Origin: Hypanus sabinus
Lineage: Eukaryota
Direction of reading: 5' to 3'
DNA length: 64,000 nt
Assembly (NCBI RefSeq): GCF_030144855.1
Contig: NC_082722.1
Span: 19,530,001-19,594,000 of the forward strand
Of the stretch, positions 59,110 to 64,000 are shown piece by piece. The notes beneath the pieces were generated by a model. It had not been told where the DNA came from. It did not search any database and saw only the letters and a program-made list of their open reading frames with translations. The translations under genes and the position numbers were made by a program. Within the stretch, counting starts at the first letter, position 1. The number at the start of each line of letters is the position of its first letter.

Positions 59110-60990
59110 CAAACATACAAACATAGAACACCTACAGCACTAGACTTCCCTATAGCCCACTATTTTTCTAAGCACCATGTACCTATCCAAAAGCCTCTGA
59201 AAAGACCCTATCGTATCCGCCTCCAACACCGTTACCAGCAGCCCATTCCATGCTCTCACTACTCACCGTGTAAAAAAACTTAACCCTGACATCTCCTCTG
59301 AACCTACACCCCAGCTCCTTAAAATCGTGTCCTCTTGTGGCAACTATTTCAGCCCTGGGAACACGCCACTGACTATCCACGCGATCAGGGCCTCTCATCA
59401 CCTTATACACATCTATCAGGTTAACTCTCATCCTCCGCCGCTCCAAGGAGAAAAGACCGAGTTCGCTCAATCTGTCAATCCAAGCAACATCCTGGTAAAT
59501 CTCCTCTGCACACTTCCTATGGCTTCCACGTCCTTCCTGTAGTGAGGCGACCAGAGCTGAGTACAGTACTCCAAGTGGGGTCTGACCAGGATCCGAAATA
59601 GCTGCAACATTACTTGTCAGCTACTAAATTGAATTCCAAAATTAATGAAGGCCAAAGTAAGACTTCCTAACTACAACATCAATCCGTGCAGCTGCTTTGA
59701 GTGTCCTATGGACTCGGACAGACACCAAGATCCCTCTGATCCTCCACGCTGCCAAGAGACTTCCCATTAATAATATATTCTGCCAACATATTTGATCTAC
59801 CAAATTGAACCTCTTCACACATACCTGGGTTTGAACTCCATCTGCCACTTCTCAGCCCAGTTTTGCATTCTATCAATTTCCCGCTGTAACCTCTGACAGC
59901 CCTCCACACTACCCACAACACCTCCAATCTTTGTGTCATCAGGAAAATTACTAACCCATCCCTCCAATTCCTCATCAAGGTCATTTATAAAAATCAGGAA
60001 GTGTAGGGGTCCGAGAGCATATCCCTGAGGCACACCACTGGTCACCGACCTCTATGCAGAATGTGACCCAGCTACAACTATTCTTTGCCTTTTGTGGACA
60101 AGCCAGTTCTGGATGCAGAAAGCAATGTCACCTTCAATCCCATGTTTCCTTACTTTCTCAATAAGCCTTGCATGGGGTACCTTATCAAATACATTGCTGA
60201 AACCCATATACATTACATCTACTGCTCTTCCTTCATCAATGGGTTTAGTCACATCCTCAGAAATTTCAATCAGGCTCGTAAGGCACGACCTGCCCTTGAC
60301 AAAGCCATGCTGATTATTCCCAATGATATTATACCCCTCCAAATGTTCAGAAATCCTGCCTCTCAGGATCTTCTCTTTGTATTTACCAACCACTGAAGTA
60401 AGACTAACTGATTTATAATTTTCTGGGCTATCTCTCCACCCTTTCTTGAAAAAATGAAATCTGCAACCCTCCAATCCTCCAGAACCTCTCCCATCCTCAA
60501 TAATGATGCATGGGTCATCACCAGTGGCCCAGCAATCTCCTTCCTTGCTTCCCACAGTAGCCTGGGGTACATCTCATCCTGTCCCCACGACTTATCCAAC
60601 TTGATGCTTTCGAAATGCTCCAGCATGTCCTCTTCCTTAACATCTACATGTTCATGCTTTTCAGTCTGCTGCATGTGTGTTCTACAATCACCAAGATGCT
60701 TTTCCATACTGAATACTCAAGTGAGTTATACATTAAGTACCGTAACTCCCTTTTTCATTGGAATGTAACTATGCAGAACTCCACGCAAATGTCCCCTGAA
60801 CACTTGCCTCATTTCTTTCGTACTTTTCCCTGAGAAAATCTGTTCCAGATTTAACCTTGTAATGTCCTGCCTGATAGCCTCATAATTCCCTTTACTCCAA
60901 TTTAATGCTTTTCTAACTTGTCTTTTCCTATCTCTCTCCAACACTACTGTAAGGGAGATAGAATTATGATCACTATCTCCAAAATATAAC
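59110..60990 (-). mobile_element. CR1 ORF2 (RT to 3' end), degenerate, different subfamily
   Basis: NQHGFVKGRSCLTSLIE, GVPQGYALGP, FPDDTKIGG and RRMRVNLIDVYK motifs. Confidence 0.9.
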
Positions 60991-62329
60991 GTGCGTCATA
61001 GCTAATCCCCTTCAGTGAAAAGTAACCTAAGGTTCATTACTTATGAGTACATCACTAATTTATTTTACAATTGTGCAATTCAATTAGTCACTAAATGTTC
61101 GACTAACCATTGATTTTGCATTACTTTCACAGACTAAAGTCAATGGAGCTGACAAACTGACACATTTCGCTCTGCAGATTCCGATTCGAATTACACACAG
61201 GTACCCAAACATCAAAGTAAACATACATTGTACGCAAATGCAAATACATCAAACAAGCTGTGAAGTTATCAATCCAACTGCAGTTCAAAGCTTTAGATTA
61301 TCAATGAGTGCAGGACAGAGCATCGCTCCGTTTCGTTTCTTGCATCCATCGAAGATTGATCATTGATATCACAGAAAAGTATTGTGAAGATAAATGATCA
61401 TTTTGCTTTTCACGTTTTTCCGATTCGTTAGAGGCAACGGTCATAAAATAAAATCAAAGAAAGAAAATAAAGAAAAGAACAGGAATACATCTTTCAGGCC
61501 CAGCCATTCAAGGAGATAATGTCTGATATGCTCACTCTTAATCTCCTCTTCTGGTCCTTTGCACAGATCAGATCATTCCAAAAAAACATATATACCTTGC
61601 CTTAATTGTTTCCCAATAGTTTTGCCCCACAGACCTTACAGGATTAAAAATAAATCCAGCGGTTCGCTACCATTGGGGAGGATTTTTTTCCTCTGGCAGG
61701 GAAAACCCGCCAATTAAAAAGCAATCCTTGCACACTTATGTCAATGTTCAACCGAGGGAAATATAGATCGGACGATGGTCGAATATTCACAATGCGTACT
61801 CGTGACTCTTGAAAACAAGTGGTCCATTCAAACCTCCTCTGCAGAACAAGATCGTGGCTGATCTGCTTGTATCGTCAATTTGATTCTTTGCCTACCCATA
61901 ATCCTTTTTACCCACGTGCTTCTTGAAGATTTATCTATCAGATGGATGGATGAATGGGATAGATTTTCCTCTGCGAATCATTCAGTCAATTAGTTCACCC
62001 AGGTCACTTCCCATCTCAAATCTTATTGAATTCTCCACTTTGAAATGTTGTTTTTATACCTACTTTCAAGTAATTGTCCAGCATGTCATATCTCAAACTT
62101 AATTGACAGGATCTTTGTAATCTTATCTTCCTTATTCTTTACTGCTCCTATCAGTTAGAAACACAAGCAAGTGTTTGTCATTTCTCTGGTTGGCAAAACC
62201 ACAATAGCTGACCAATTCTGCAAGCAAGTATGAAGTGCTGGTTTATTTTCAATAATCCTATCCACGACTTACTTATTTCCCGTTAACCTCAACGTATTTT
62301 CCACCCTTTATTCTTATTTTCTCATAACA

Positions 62330-64000
62330 CAAAATAAACAGAGATTCCTAATAATGATGCATAAATATGTCTCCATTAAAGTTATCTGAAATGATAGCTC
62401 AGAATAGGCAAATGAAGAAAGAAAATAAATAAGATAATTTCAAAGATAACAGGTTCAATATTGTAAAACCTTTGTAAAGTACACAGAGTTGCATGAACTT
62501 GCAAATTCCTCTGAGTCGTCCGAAACAAGTGCATTCTGTAACAGCGACGCCCTGGAGAGGGCGCCCTCACTACTAGATACGCTATTACGACAGTACTAAT
62601 AAATTCTATCGCTTGGAGTTGCTGTAAGCTATTTAGAAATACTCCACTACTACAAACAATTTCCACTTCCAAATGTGTGTGTTTTTTTTTAGTGTGTGGG
62701 GAGAGAGTAGTCTGAACTGGGTTGTGAGACTTGCTTGTCTCATCTGACACATTGAACTCAGGTAGCCAGCCGGAAGCCGTTCCCACTCCGAGTAGAAGCT
62801 GCATCCACAGCCCCGTTAGAAGCTGCTTCTCCTGCTTTCTGCTGCTACCCAGACCATATGCCTGGTAACTTACTCACCCTCATCAGGTGACACCCTGCTC
62901 GGGCGGTCATTGGCTCTTGTCTCAGACCTTCCCCGAGGAACGAATAAGTGATTAGACACTCAGCACGTGACCTCTACATGAGCTTCCCCCCCCACCCCCA
63001 CAAGTCTGCTTGTTGAAAAACGATACCCTATTCGCTAAACACGAGACGTGATATTCAACCATGGCTCACTCTTGAGTTCATAGAGAACTGAAATTCTCCT
63101 TTCAGGATTTGAGGTCTAAATCTCGGTTAAAAAGCTTCGGCGATTAATAGACGATCTATTAAATGCAAATTGCGCTTCATTAACCATCTTAAATCAAGGT
63201 CAATTTGCACTGCCCACGGAGCAGCATTGATCCCATGGTATCATTTTCTTGAATGATAACTATATCTCCCATTAACTGACCAATATATATCCTTCAATCC
63301 ATCTTAATAAAATATGACTCGACCGTCATTATATGTTTTCTGTAGGATTCCGCATGAGGAAATTGGAACAAACTTTTGTCGCCACGCTTTCAAAAAGTCC
63401 AACGTTCATCACTCCATCCCACGACTTTGGTGACGTACCTGACTCACCTGACGCACACCTCCGTTTTGCATATGTACGTGGGTATCATCCCTCTGCACTC
63501 TCAGTCCCAAGACTCGAACTCCCAGCTTTCAACGTCCGATTATCTTCACGCGCGTTGCCTGGCCCATTGAATTGGTCGAGCTGTTTCCTTCTATTTCAAT
63601 CATTAATTAATATGTTCAAGGATGCTGGTAAATAGCCCCAGGAACAGCGAAGTAGATAAGCCAGCCCACGGAAACACAGCCGCTTTTACTCTAAAACAGG
63701 GATTCCCACAAGTGGGAACTGTTACGTGTACTAAGAAGGCGTGGAAAATAAAAGTCGTCGGGGGGTGGGTTCATGATTATTGGCGGGGGGAGTGGGTGGG
63801 TGGGTGTTAAGCAGAACCCTAACTTGAGGCACGAGAGCTGACCGACCGTGAGAGCAGACACTTCGTCATGAAAGGATGAGGCACTGGAACACAGGAAAAA
63901 AAAACATCGCTCTGCAGGTGACGAACAGTTGCCGTCACAACGCTTCTGAAACTCAGCAATCTCATCCAACCTTACGAAACAGACAGATATTATTTGGAAT
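62330..64000 (-). repeat. Long inverted paralogous block, copy 2 (runs off the window end)
   Basis: Reverse-complement match to 35564-36725, with an extra insert at about 62640-63040 and a smaller indel near 63330-63430. Confidence 0.9.

Overview
This is repeat-rich vertebrate genomic DNA, inferred to come from a cartilaginous fish (probably a ray) on the basis of its CR1, Rex1, Penelope and SINE repertoire and the Ig-domain style. There are no bacterial-type features, CRISPR arrays, rRNA or tRNA genes. Three spliced genes can be assembled by hand. (1) An intact 6-exon, 314-aa inhibitory Ig-superfamily receptor on the minus strand (14212 to 4439): leader, compact VJ-type V domain, C1-set domain, uncharged TM, and an ITIM tail (SIRP-like V-C1 architecture). 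(2) An unprocessed adenylate kinase (AK1/AK5-type) pseudogene on the minus strand (about 47556 to 40334), with a stop codon, apparently mutated splice donors and a CR1 LINE inserted inside one exon. (3) A head-to-head LRRC36/CEP72-family pseudogene on the plus strand (exons 50943-51064 and 54543-54735), with one stop in each exon. The pseudogene pair lies between two long inverted paralogous blocks (35564-36725 and 62330-64000 or beyond). Other duplicated blocks (2780-3300 with 21800-22400, carrying conserved RUNX/TCF/ETS-like motifs; 18000-19280 with 30050-31920) suggest a duplicated immune-receptor cluster. The remainder is nested retroelements: CR1, Rex1/Babar, L1/Tx1, RTE, Penelope-derived repeats with hammerhead-ribozyme cores, SINEs and two solo LTRs. 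Repeat boundaries are approximate; exon boundaries were read base by base.
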